Shown here: positions 29,301 to 41,200 of the stretch, in pieces
How the letters are laid out: each line of letters starts with the position of its first letter
How positions within the stretch are numbered: the stretch's first letter is position 1
Source: Utricularia gibba
Lineage: Eukaryota > Plantae > Magnoliophyta
Assembly: GCA_002189035.1 (NCBI GenBank)
Contig: NEEC01000163.1
Location: forward strand, 1 to 64,000
Direction of reading: 5' to 3'
Length of the DNA stretch: 64,000 nucleotides
Program-made: the position numbers and the translations under genes
The notes under the pieces: model-generated
Database searches by the model: none
Told to the model about the DNA's origin: nothing
Seen by the model: the letters and a program-made list of their open reading frames with translations, nothing else

Positions 29301-29921
29301 CATCTTCCAAACCGTTTAGAGTCACGCACAAAGCATACGTTTCGAAGCTCATTCTGAGACGGTCGTTTTTTCGTGTTGGGAGTTGCCCATCCGAGGAAAG
29401 TTCGAAGCTCGAAGGATGGCCTATATAGCCTTGAATGGTTCACAAATGGTCTAGCCATTGGGGACTTGCGACTCCTTTGCTCGTTTTTATGCGAAAATAA
29501 TCTCGGCTTGCGAAACACGCGTGATTCGTTAATATATGTCAAAATCTTGAATTTCGCGGCATTCTCATGCGTTTCTCCGAGTGTGCTCGGGCCCTGGGAA
29601 TTCCTACACCAAGGGGTGGCCTCGCGCAGCCTTCGCCATTGACGCCACATCGTCCAAACCGTTTAGAGTCACGCGACACACAGCATACCGTTTCGAAGCT
29701 CATTCTGAGACGATCGTTTTTCGTGTTGGGAGTCGCCCATCCGAGGAAAGTTCGAAGCTCGACGGATGGCCCTATATAAGCCTTGAATGGTGTCACAAAA
29801 TGGCCTAGCCATTGGGACGTTGGGACTCGTTTGCTCGTTTTTATGCGAAAATTGTTCTCGGCTTGCGAAACACGCGTGATTCGTTAATATATGTCAAAAT
29901 CTTGAATTTCGCGGCATTCTC
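26393..29921 (+). repeat. 10-monomer block P-U-S-T-U-S-P-Q'-R'-S, copy 3
   Basis: Same class order as 19039-22588, offset 21 monomers (7354 bp). Both start with a P monomer ending in the uncommon AAACTAATCT variant. Confidence 0.58.
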
Positions 29922-30278
29922 ATGCGTTTCTCCGAGTGTGCTCGGGCCCTGGGAATTCCTACATTAAGGGGTGGCCTCGCGCAGCCTTCGCCATTGACGC
30001 CACATCGTCCAAACCGTTTAGAGTCACGCGACACACAGCATACCGTTTCGAAGCTCATTCCGAGACGGTCGTTTTTCGTGTTGGAAGTTCGCCCATCCGA
30101 GGAAAGTTCGAAGCTCGACGGATGGCCCTATATAAGCCTTGAATGGTGTCACAAAATGGCCTAGCCATTGGGGACGTTGGGACTCGTTTGCTCGTTTTTA
30201 TGCGAAAATTGTTCTCGGCTTGCGAAACACGCGTGATTCGTTAATATATGTCAAAATCTTGAATTTCGCGGCATTCTC
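29922..30278 (+). repeat. Representative intact monomer (357 bp)
   Basis: Runs from ATGCGTTTCTCCGAGTGTGCTCGGGCCCTGGGAATTCC to GAATTTCGCGGCATTCTC. Manual count gives 90 C, 91 G (50.7% GC) and 33 CpG. Contains EcoRI (GAATTC), two BstBI (TTCGAA) sites 60 bp apart, and MluI (ACGCGT). Confidence 0.97.
30129..30135 (+). promoter_or_regulatory. TATA-box-like motif TATATAA within beta-type monomers (example copy); function not shown
   Basis: GGCCCTATATAAGCC matches TATAWAW; alpha-type monomers carry CCTTATATTAGCC instead. Sequence match only. Confidence 0.2.
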
Positions 30279-31345
30279 ATGCGTTTCTCCGAGTGTGCTC
30301 GGGCCCTGGGAATTCCTACATTAAGGGGTGGCCTCGCGCAGCCTTCGCCATTGACGCCACATCGTCCAAACCGTTTAGAGTCACGCGACACACAGCATAC
30401 CGTTTCGAAGCTCATTCCGAGACGGTCGTTTTTCGTGTTGGGAGTTGCCCATCCGAGGAAAGTTCGAAGCTCGAAGGATGGCCTTATATAGCCTTCAATG
30501 GTGTCAAAAATGGTCTAGCCATTGGGGACATTGCGACTCCTTTGCTCGTTTTTATGCGAAAATTATTCTCGGCTTGCGAAACACGCGTGATTCGTTAATA
30601 TATGTCAAATCTTGAATTTCGCGGCATTCTCATGCGTTTCTCCGAGTGTGCTCGGGCCCTGGGAATTCCTACACCAAGGGGTGGCCTCGCGCAGCCTTCG
30701 CCATTGACGCCACATCGTCCAAACCGTTTAGAGTCACGCGACACACAGCATACCGTTTCGAAGCTCATTCTGAGACGATCGTTTTTCGTGTTGGGAATCG
30801 CCCATCCGAGGAAAGTTCGAAGCTCGAACGGATGGCCCTATATAAGCCTTGAATGGTGTCACAAAATGGCCTAGCCATTGGGGACGTTGGGACTCGTTTG
30901 CTCGTTTTTATGCGAAAATTTTCTCGGCTTGCGAAACACGCGTGATTCGTTAATATATGTCAAAATCTTGAATTTCGCGGCATTCTCATGCGTTTCTCCG
31001 AGTGTGCTCGGGCCCTGGGAATTCCTACATTAAGGGGTGGCCTCGCGCAGCCTTCGCCATTGACGCCACATCGTCCAAACCGTTTAGAGTCACGCGACAC
31101 ACAGCATACCGTTTCGAAGCTCATTCCGAGACGATCGTTTTTCGTGTTGGGAAGTTCGCCCATCCGAGGAAAGTTCGAAGCTCGACGGATGGCCCTATAT
31201 AAGCCTTGAATGGTGTCACAAAATGGCCTAGCCATTGGGGACGTTGGGACTCGTTTGCTCGTTTTTATGCGAAAATTGTTCTCGGCTTGCGAAACACGCG
31301 TGATTCGTTAATATATGTCAAAATCTTGAATTTCGCGGCATTCTC

Positions 31346-33119
31346 ATGCGTTTCTCCGAGTGTGCTCGGGCCCTGGGAATTCCTACATTAAGGGGTGGCC
31401 TCGCGCAGCCTTCGCCATTGACGCCACATCGTCCAAACCGTTTAGAGTCACGCGACACACAGCATACCGTTTCGAAGCTCATTCCGAGACGGTCGTTTTT
31501 CGTGTTGGGAGCTTGCCCATCCGAGGAAAGTTCGAAGCTCGAAGGATGGCCTTATATAGCCTTCAATGGTGTCACAAAATGGTCTAGCCATTGGGGACGT
31601 TGCGACTCCTTTGCTCGTTTTTATGCGAAAATTATTCTCGGCTTGCGAAACACGCGTGATTCGTTAATATATGTCAAAATCTTGAATTTCGCGGCATTCT
31701 CATGCGTTTCTACGGGTGTGCTCGGGCCCCGGGACTTCCTACACCAAGGGGTGGCCTCGCGCAGCCTTCGCCATTGACGCCACATCGTCCAAACCGTTTA
31801 GAGTCACGCGACACACAGCATACCGTTTCGAAGCTCATTCTGAGACGATCGTTTTTCGTGTTGGAAGTTCGCCCATCCGAGGAAAGTTCGAAGCTCGAAG
31901 GATGGCCTTATATTAGCCTTGAATGGTGTCACAAAATGGTCTAGCCATTGGGGACGTTGCGACTCCTTTGCTCGTTTTTATGCGAAAATTTTTCTCGGCT
32001 TGCGAAACACGCGTGATTCGTTAATATATGTCAAAATCTTGAATTTCGCGGCATTCTCATGCGTTTCTGGGTGTGCTCGGGCCTGGGACTTCCTACACCA
32101 AGGGGTGGCCTCGCGCAGCCTTCGCCATTGACGCCACATCGTCCAAACCGTTTAGAGTCACGCGACACACAGCATACCGTTTCGAAGCTCATTCTGAGAC
32201 GATCGTTTTTCGTGTTGGGAGTCGCCCATCCGAGGAAAGTTCGAAGCTCGAAGGATGGCCTTATATTAGCCTTGAATGGTGTCACAAAATGGTCTAGCCA
32301 TTGGGGACATCGCGACTCCTTTGCTCGTTTTTATGCGAAAATTATTCTCGGATTGCGAAACACGCGTGATTCGTTAATATATGTCAAAATCTTGAATTTC
32401 GCGGCATTCTCATGCGTTTCTCCGAGTGTGCTCGGGCCCTTGGAATTCCTACATTAAGGGGTGGCCTCGCGCAGCCTTCGCCATTGACGCCACATCGTCC
32501 AAACCGTTTAGAGTCACGCGACACACAGCATACCGTTTCGAAGCTCATTCTGAGACGATCGTTTTTCGTGTTGGGATCGCCCATCCGAGGAAAGTTCGAA
32601 GCTCGACGGATGGCCCTATATAAGCCTTGAATGGTGTCACAAAATGGCCTAGCCATTGGGGACGTTGGGATTCGTTTGCTCGTTTTTATGCGAAAATAAT
32701 CTCGGCTTGCGAAACACGCGTGATTCGTTAATATATGTCAAAATCTTGAATTTCGCGGCATTCTCATGCGTTTCTCCGAGTGTGCTCGGGCCCTGGGAAT
32801 TCCTACATTAAGGGGTGGCCTCGCGCAGCCTTCGCAATTGACGCCACATCGTCCAAACCGTTTAGAGTCACGCACACAGCATACCGTTTCGAAGCTCATT
32901 CCGAGACGGTCGTTTTTCGTGTTGGAAGTTCGCCCATCCGAGGAAAGTTCGAAGCTCGACGGATGGCCCTATATAAGCCTTGAATGGTGTCACAAAATGG
33001 CCTAGCCATTGGGGACGTTGGGACTCCTTTGCTCGTTTTTATGCGAAAATTGTTCTCGGCTTGCGAAACACGCGTGATTCGTTAATATATGTCAAAATCT
33101 TGAATTTCGCGGCATTCTC
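31346..33119 (+). repeat. Pentameric HOR derivative (P-Q-R-S'-U'), 1774 bp
   Basis: Monomers at 31346, 31702, 32059, 32412, 32766; same class order as 7765-9531. Confidence 0.68.
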
Positions 33120-35238
33120 ATGCGTTTCTCCGAGTGTGCTCGGGCCCTGGGAATTCCTACATTAAGGGGTGGCCTCGCGCAGCCTTCGCCATTGACGCCA
33201 CATCGTCCAAACCGTTTAGAGTCACGCGACACACAGCATACCGTTTCGAAGCTCATTCCGAGACGGTCGTTTTTCGTGTTGGGAGCTTGCCCATCCGAGG
33301 AAAGTTCGAAGCTCGAAGGATGGCCTTATATTAGCCTTCAATGTGTCACAAAATGGTCTAGCCATTGGGGACATTGCGACTCCTTTGCTCGTTTTTATGC
33401 GAAAATTATTCTCGGCTTGCGAAACACGCGTGATTCGTTAATATATGTCAAAATCTTGAATTTCGCGGCATTCTCATGCGTTTCTCGGGTGTGCTCGGGC
33501 CCGGGACTTCCTACACCAAAGGGGTGGCCTCGCGCAGCCTTCGCCATTGACGCCACATCGTCCAAACCGTTTAGAGTCACGCGACACACAGCATACCGTT
33601 TCGAAGCTCATTCTGAGACGATCGTTTTTCGTGTTGGGAGTTCGCCCATCCGAGGAAAGTTCGAAGCTCGAAGGATGGCCTTATATTAGCCTTGAATGGT
33701 GTCACAAAATGGTCTAGCCATTGGGGACGTTGCGACTCCTTTGCTCGTTTTTATGCGAAAATTTTTCTCGGATTGCGAAACACGCGTGATTCGTTAATAT
33801 ATGTCAAAATCTTGAATTTCGCGGCATTCTCATGCGTTTCTCGGTGTGCTCGGGCCTGGGAATTCCTACACCAAGGGGTGGCCTCGCGCAGCCTTCGCCA
33901 TTGACGCCACATCGTCCAAACCGTTTAGAGTCACGCGACACACAGCATACCGTTTCGAAGCTCATTCTGAGACGATCGTTTTTCGTGTTGGGAGTCGCCC
34001 ATCCGAGGAAAGTTCGAAGCTCGAAGGATGGCCTTATATAGCCTTGAATGGTGTCACAAAATGGTCTAGCCATTGGGGACATTGCGACTCCTTTGCTCGT
34101 TTTTATGCGAAAATTATTCTCGGATTGCGAAACACGCGTGATTCGTTAATATATGTCAAAATCTTGAATTTCGCGGCATTCTCATGCGTTTCTCCGAGTG
34201 TGCTCGGGCCCTGGAATTCCTACATTAAGGGGTGGCCTCGCGCAGCCTTCGCCATTGACGCCACATCGTCCAAACCGTTTAGAGTCACGCGACACACAGC
34301 ATACCGTTTCGAAGCTCATTCTGAGACGATCGTTTTTCGTGTTGGGACGCCCATCCGAGGAAAGTTCGAAGCTCGACGGATGGCCCTATATAAGCCTTGA
34401 ATGGTGTCACAAAATGGCCTAGCCATTGGGACGTTGCGACTCCTTTGCTCGTTTTTATGCGAAAATTTTCTCGGATTGCGAAACACGCGTGATTCGTTAA
34501 TATATGTAAAAATCTGAATTTCGCGGCATTCTCATGCGTTTCTGGGTGTGCTCGGGCCGGGACTTCCTACACCAAGGGTGGCCTCGCGCAGCCTTCGCCA
34601 TTGACGCCACATCGTCCAAACCGTTTAGAGTCACGCGACACACAGCATACCGTTTCGAAGCTCATTCTGAGACGATCGTTTTTCGTGTTGGGAATCGCCC
34701 ATCCGAGGAAAGTTCGAAGCTCGACGGATGGCCCTATATAAGCCTTGAATGGTGTCACAAAATGGCCTAGCCATTGGGGACGTTGGGACTCGTTTGCTCG
34801 TTTTTATGCGAAAATAATTCTCGGCTTGCGAAACACGCGTGATTCGTTAATATATGTAAAAATCTTGAATTTCGCGGCATTCTCATGCGTTTCTCGGGTG
34901 TGCTCGGGCCCGGGACTTCCTACACCAAGGGGTGGCCTCGCGCAGCCTTCGCCATTGACGCCACATCGTCCAAACCGTTTAGAGTCACGCGACACACAGC
35001 ATACCGTTTCGAAGCTCATTCTGAGACGATCGTTTTTCGTGTTGGAAGTTCGCCCATCCGAGGAAAGTTCGAAGCTCGACGGATGGCCCTATATAAGCCT
35101 TGAATGGTGTCACAAAATGGCCTAGCCATTGGGGACGTTGGACTCGTTTGCTCGTTTTTATGCGAAAATTGTTCTCGGCTTGCGAAACACGCGTGATTCG
35201 TTAATATATGTCAAAATCTTGAATTTCGCGGCATTCTC
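33120..35238 (+). repeat. Hexameric higher-order repeat unit (P-Q-R-S-T-U), 2119 bp
   Basis: Same class order as 10943-13057; monomer R has a hybrid GAATTCCTACACCA 5' end. Confidence 0.78.
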
Positions 35239-38200
35239 ATGCGTTTCTCCGAGTGTGCTCGGGCCCTGGGAATTCCTACATTAAGGGGTGGCCTCGCGCA
35301 GCCTTCGCCATTGACGCACATCGTCCAAACCGTTTAGAGTCACGCGACACACAGCATACCGTTTCGATGCTCATTCTGAGACGATCGTTTTTCGTGTTGG
35401 AGTCGCCCATCCGAGGAAAGTTCGAAGCTCGACGGATGGCCCTATATAGCCTTGAATGGTGTCCAAAATGGTCTAGCCATTGGGACAGCGACTCCTTTGC
35501 TCGTTTTTATGCGAAAATTATTCTCGGATTGCGAAACACGCGTGATTCGTTAATATATGTCAAAATCTTGAATTTCGCGGCATTCTCATGCGTTTCTAGT
35601 GTGCTCGGGCCTGGGAATTCCTACATTAAGGGGTGGCCTCGCGCAGCCTTCGCCATTGACGCCACATCGTCCAAACCGTTTAGAGTCACGCGACACACAG
35701 CATACCGTTTCGAAGCTCATTCCGAGACGGTCGTTTTTCGTGTTGGGAGTTCGCCCATCCGAGGAAAGTTCGAAGCTCGACGGATGGCCTTATATTAGCC
35801 TTGAATGGTGTCCAAAATGGTCTAGCCATTGGGGACATCGCGACTCCTTTGCTCGTTTTTATGCGAAAATTATTCTCGGATTGCGAAACACGCGTGATTC
35901 GTTAATATATGTCAAAATCTTGAATTTCGCGGCATTCTCATGCGTTTCTCGAGTGTGCTCGGCCCTGGGAATTCCTACATTAAGGGTGGCCTCGCGCAGC
36001 CTTCGCCATTGACGCCACATCGTCCAAACCGTTTAGAGTCACGCGACACACAGCATACCGTTTCGAAGCTCATTCTGAGACGGTCGTTTTTTCGTGTTGG
36101 GAGTTGCCCATCCGAGGAAAGTTCGAAGCTCGAAGGATGGCCTATATAGCCTTGAATGGTGTCACAAAATGGTCTAGCCATTGGGGACGTTGCGACTCCT
36201 TTGCTCGTTTTTATGCGAAAATGGCTTGCGAAACACGCGTGATTCGTTAATATATGTCAAAATCTTGAATTTCGCGGCATTCTCATGCGTTTCCGTGTGC
36301 TCGGGCCCTGGGAATTCCTACACCAAGGGTGGCCTCGCGCAGCCTTCGCCATTGACGCCACATCGTCCAAACCGTTTAGTCACGCGACACACCATACCGT
36401 TTCGAAGCTCATTCTGAGACGATCGTTTTTGTGTTGGGATCGCCCATCCGAGGAAAGTTCGAAGCTCGACGGATGGCCCTATATAAGCCTTGAATGGTGT
36501 CACAAAATGGCCTAGCCATTGGGGACGTTGGGACTCGTTTGCTCGTTTTTATGCGAAAACTAATCTCGGCTTGCGAAACACGCGTGATTCGTTAATATAT
36601 GTCAAAATCTTGAATTTCGCGGCATTCTCATGCGTTTCTCCGAGTGTGCTCGGGCCCTGGGAATTCCTACATTAAGGGGTGGCCTCGCGCAGCCTTCGCC
36701 ATTGACGCCACATCGTCCAAACCGTTTAGAGTCACGCGACACACAGCATACCGTTTCGAAGCTCATTCCGAGACGGTCGTTTTTCGTGTTGGAAGTTCCC
36801 ATCCGAGAAAGTTCGAAGCTCGACGGATGGCCCTATATAAGCCTTGAATGGTGTCACAAAATGGCCTAGCCATTGGGGACGTTGGACTCGTTTGCTCGTT
36901 TTTATGCGAAAATTGTTCTCGGCTTGCGAAACACGCGTGATTCGTTAATATATGTCAAAATCTTGAATTTCGCGGCATTCTCATGCGTTTCTCCGAGTGT
37001 GCTCGGGCCCTGGGAATTCCTACATTAAGGGGTGGCCTCGCGCAGCCTTCGCCATTGACGCCACATCGTCCAAACCGTTTAGAGTCACGCGACACACAGC
37101 ATACCGTTTCGAAGCTCATTCCGAGACGGTCGTTTTTCGTGTTGGGAGCTTGCCCATCCGAGGAAAGTTCGAAGCTCGACGGATGGCCCTTATATAAGCC
37201 TTCAATGGTGTCACAAAATGGCCTAGCCATTGGGGACGTTGCGACTCCTTTGCTCGTTTTTATGCGAAAATTGTTCTCGGCTTGCGAAACACGCGTGATT
37301 CGTTAATATATGTCAAAATCTTGAATTTCGCGGCATTCTCATGCGTTTCTCGGTGTGCTCGGGCCCGGGACTTCCTACACCAAGGGGTGGCCTCGCGCAG
37401 CCTTCGCCATTGACGCCACATCGTCCAAACCGTTTAGAGTCACGCGACACACAGCATACCGTTTCGAAGCTCATTCTGAGACGATCGTTTTTCGTGTTGG
37501 AGTTCGCCCATCCGAGGAAAGTTCGAAGCTCGAAGGATGGCCTTATATTAGCCTTGAATGGTTTCACAAAATGGTCTAGCCATTGGGGACGTTGCGACTC
37601 CTTTGCTCGTTTTTATGCGAAAATTTTTTCTCGGATTGCGAAACACGCGTGATTCGTTAATATATGTAAAATCTGAATTTCGCGGCATTCTCATGCGTTT
37701 CTATGGGTGTGCTCGGGCCTGGGACTTCCTACACCAAGGGGTGGCCTCGCGCAGCCTTCGCCATTGACGCCACATCGTCCAAACCGTTTAGAGTCACGCG
37801 ACACACAGCATACCGTTTCGAAGCTCATTCTGAGACGATCGTTTTTCGTGTTGGGAGCTCGCCCATCCGAGGAAAGTTCGAAGCTCGAAGGATGGCCTAT
37901 ATTAGCCTTGAATGGTTTCACAAAATGGTCTAGCCATTGGGGACGTTGCGACTCCTTTGCTCGTTTTTATGCGAAAATTATTCTCGGATTGCGAAACACG
38001 CGTGATTCGTTAATATATGTCAAAATCTTGAATTTCGCGGCATTCTCATGCGTTTCTCGAGTGTGCTCGGGCCCTGGAATTCCTACACCAAGGGGTGGCC
38101 TCGCGCAGCCTTCGCCATTGACGCCACATCGTCCAAACCGTTTAGAGTCACGCGACACACAGCATACCGTTTCGAAGCTCATTCTGAGACGATCGTTTTT

Positions 38201-41200
38201 CGTGTTGGGAGTTCGCCCATCCGAGGAAAGTTCGAAGCTCGACGGATGGCCCTATATAAGCCTTGAATGGTGTCACAAAATGGCCTAGCCATTGGGGACG
38301 TTGGGACTCGTTTGCTCGTTTTTATGCGAAAATTGTTCTCGGCTTGCGAAACACGCGTGATTCGTTAATATATGTCAAAATCTTGAATTTCGCGGCATTC
38401 TCATGCGTTTCTCCGAGTGTGCTCGGGCCCTGGGAATTCCTACATTAAGGGGTGGCCTCGCGCAGCCTTCGCCATTGACGCCACATCGTCCAAACCGTTT
38501 AGAGTCACGCGACACACAGCATACCGTTTCGAAGCTCATTCCGAGACGGTCGTTTTTCGTGTTGGGAGTTCGCCCATCCGAGGAAAGTTCGAAGCTCGAC
38601 GGATGGCCTATATAGCCTTCAATGGTGTCCAAAATGGTCTAGCCATTGGGGACGTTGCGACTCCTTTGCTCGTTTTTATGCGAAAATTATTCTCGGCTTT
38701 GCGAAAACACGCGTGATTCGTTAATATATGTCAAAATCTTGAATTTCGCGGCATTCTCATGCGTTTCTCGGGGTGTGCTCGGGCCCGGGACTTCCTACAC
38801 CAAGGGGTGGCCTCGCGCAGCCTTCGCCATTGACGCCACATCCCAAACCGTTTAGAGTCACGCGACACACAGCATACCGTTTCGAAGCTCATTCTGAGAC
38901 GGTCGTTTTTCGTGTTGGGAGTCGCCCATCCGAGGAAAGTTCGAAGCTCGACGGATGGCCCTATATACCCTTGAATGGTGTCACAAAATGGCCTAGCCAT
39001 TGGGACGTTGGACTCGTTTGCTCGTTTTATGCGAAAATATTCTCGGCTTGCGAAACACGCGTGATTCGTTAATATATGTCAAAATCTTGAATTTCGCGGC
39101 ATTCTCATGCGTTTCTCCGAGTGTGCTCGGGCCCTGGGAATTCACCAAGGGGTGGCCTCGCGCAGCCTTCGCCATTGAGCCACATCGTCCAAACCGTTTA
39201 GAGTCACGCGACACACAGCATACCGTTTCGAAGCTCATTCTGAGACGATCGTTTTCGTGTTGGGAGCTCGCCCATCCGAGGAAAGTTCGAAGCTCGACGG
39301 ATGGCCTATATAGCCTTGAATGGTGTCACAAAATGGCCTAGCCATTGGGGACGTTGCGACTCCTTTGCTCGTTTTTATGCGAAAATTGTTCTCGGATTGC
39401 GAAACACGCGTGATTCGTTAATATATGTAAAAATCTGAATTTCGCGGCATTCTCATGCGTTTCTCCGAGTGTGCTCGGGCCCTGGGAATTCCTACATTAA
39501 GGGGTGGCCTCGCGCAGCCTTCGCCATTGACGCCACATCGTCCAAACCGTTTAGAGTCACGCGACACACAGCATACCGTTTCGAAGCTCATTCTGAGACG
39601 GTCGTTTTTCGTGTTGGGAGCTTGCCCATCCGAGGAAAGTTCGAAGCTCGAAGGATGGCCTTATATAAGCCTTGAATGGTGTCACAAAAATGGTCTAGCC
39701 ATTGGGGACGTTGCGACTCCTTTGCTCGTTTTTATGCGAAAATTATTCTCGGCTTGCGAAACACGCGTGATTCGTTAATATATGTCAAAATCTTGAATTT
39801 CGCGGCATTCTCATGCGTTTCTACGGGTGTGCTCGGGCCCGGGACTTCCTACACCAAGGGGTGGCCTCGCGCAGCCTTCGCCATTGACGCCACATCGTCC
39901 AAACCGTTTAGAGTCACGCGACACACAGCATACCGTTTCGAAGCTCATTCCGAGACGGTCGTTTTTCGTGTTGGGAGTTCGCCCATCCGAGGAAAGTTCG
40001 AAGCTCGACGGATGGCCTATATAAGCCTTGAATGGTGTCACAAAATGGCTAGCCATTGGGGACGACTCCTTTGCTCGTTTTTATGCGAAAATTATTCTCG
40101 GATTGCGAAACACGCGTGATTCGTTAATATATGTCAAAATCTTGAATTTCGCGGCATTCTCATGCGTTTCTAGTGTGCTCGGGCCCTGGGACTTCCTACA
40201 AAGGGGTGGCCTCGCGCAGCCTTCGCATTGACGCCACATCGTCCAAACCGTTTAGAGTCACGCACACAGCATACCGTTTCGAAGCTCATTCTGAGACGGT
40301 CGTTTTTCGTGTTGGGAGCTTGCCCATCCGAGGAAAGTTCGAAGCTCGACGGATGGCCTTATATAAGCCTTGAATGGTGTCACAAATGGCTAGCCATTGG
40401 GGACGTTGGACTCGTTTGCTCGTTTTTATGCGAAAATAATTCTCGGCTTGCGAAACACGCGTGATTCGTTAATATATGTCAAAATCTTGAATTTCGCGGC
40501 ATTCTCATGCGTTTCTCCGAGTGTGCTCGGGCCCTGGGAATTCCTACATTAAGGGGTGGCCTCGCGCAGCCTTCGCCATTGCGCCACATCGTCCAAACCG
40601 TTTAGAGTCACGCGACACACAGCATACCGTTTCGAAGCTCATTCCGAGACGATCGTTTTTCGTGTTGGGAGTCGCCCATCCGAGGAAAGTTCGAAGCTCG
40701 AAGGATGGCCTATATAAGCCTTGAATGGTGTCACAAAATGGCCTAGCCATTGGGGACGTTGCGACTCCTTTGCTCGTTTTTATGCGAAAATTGTTTCTCG
40801 GATTGCGAAACACGCGTGATTCGTTAATATATGTCAAAATCTTGAATTTCGCGGCATTCTCATGCGTTTCTCGGGTGTGCTCGGGCGGGACTTCCTACAC
40901 CAAGGGGTGGCCTCGCGCAGCCTTCGCCATTGACGCCACATCGTCCAAACCGTTTAGAGTCACGCGACACACAGCATACCGTTTCGAAGCTCATTCTGAG
41001 ACGATCGTTTTTCGTGTTGGGATCGCCCATCCGAGGAAAGTTCGAAGCTCGACGGATGGCCCTATATAAGCCTTGAATGGTGTCACAAAATGGCCTAGCC
41101 ATTGGGGACGTTGGACTCGTTTGCTCGTTTTTATGCGAAAATCTCGGCTTGCGAAACACGCGTGATTCGTTAATATATGTCAAAATCTTGAATTTCGCGG

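Noticed and set aside
30017-30023. Telomere-like TTTAGAG once per monomer
   Set aside because: It is a single heptamer with one mismatch and is never tandem, so it is expected by chance.
30074-30091. CENP-B-box-like TTCGTGTTGGAAGTTCG
   Set aside because: It needs a 2-nt insertion relative to TTCGTTGGAA and lacks the essential CGGG; plants have no established CENP-B box system.
30106-30165. Functional Pol III type 2 promoter from A-box-like TGGCCTAGC/TGGTCTAGC (30157-30165) and B-box-like GTTCGAAGC (30106-30114)
   Set aside because: The order is reversed within the monomer, and the next B-box-like site is ~300 bp downstream, far beyond usual tRNA spacing.
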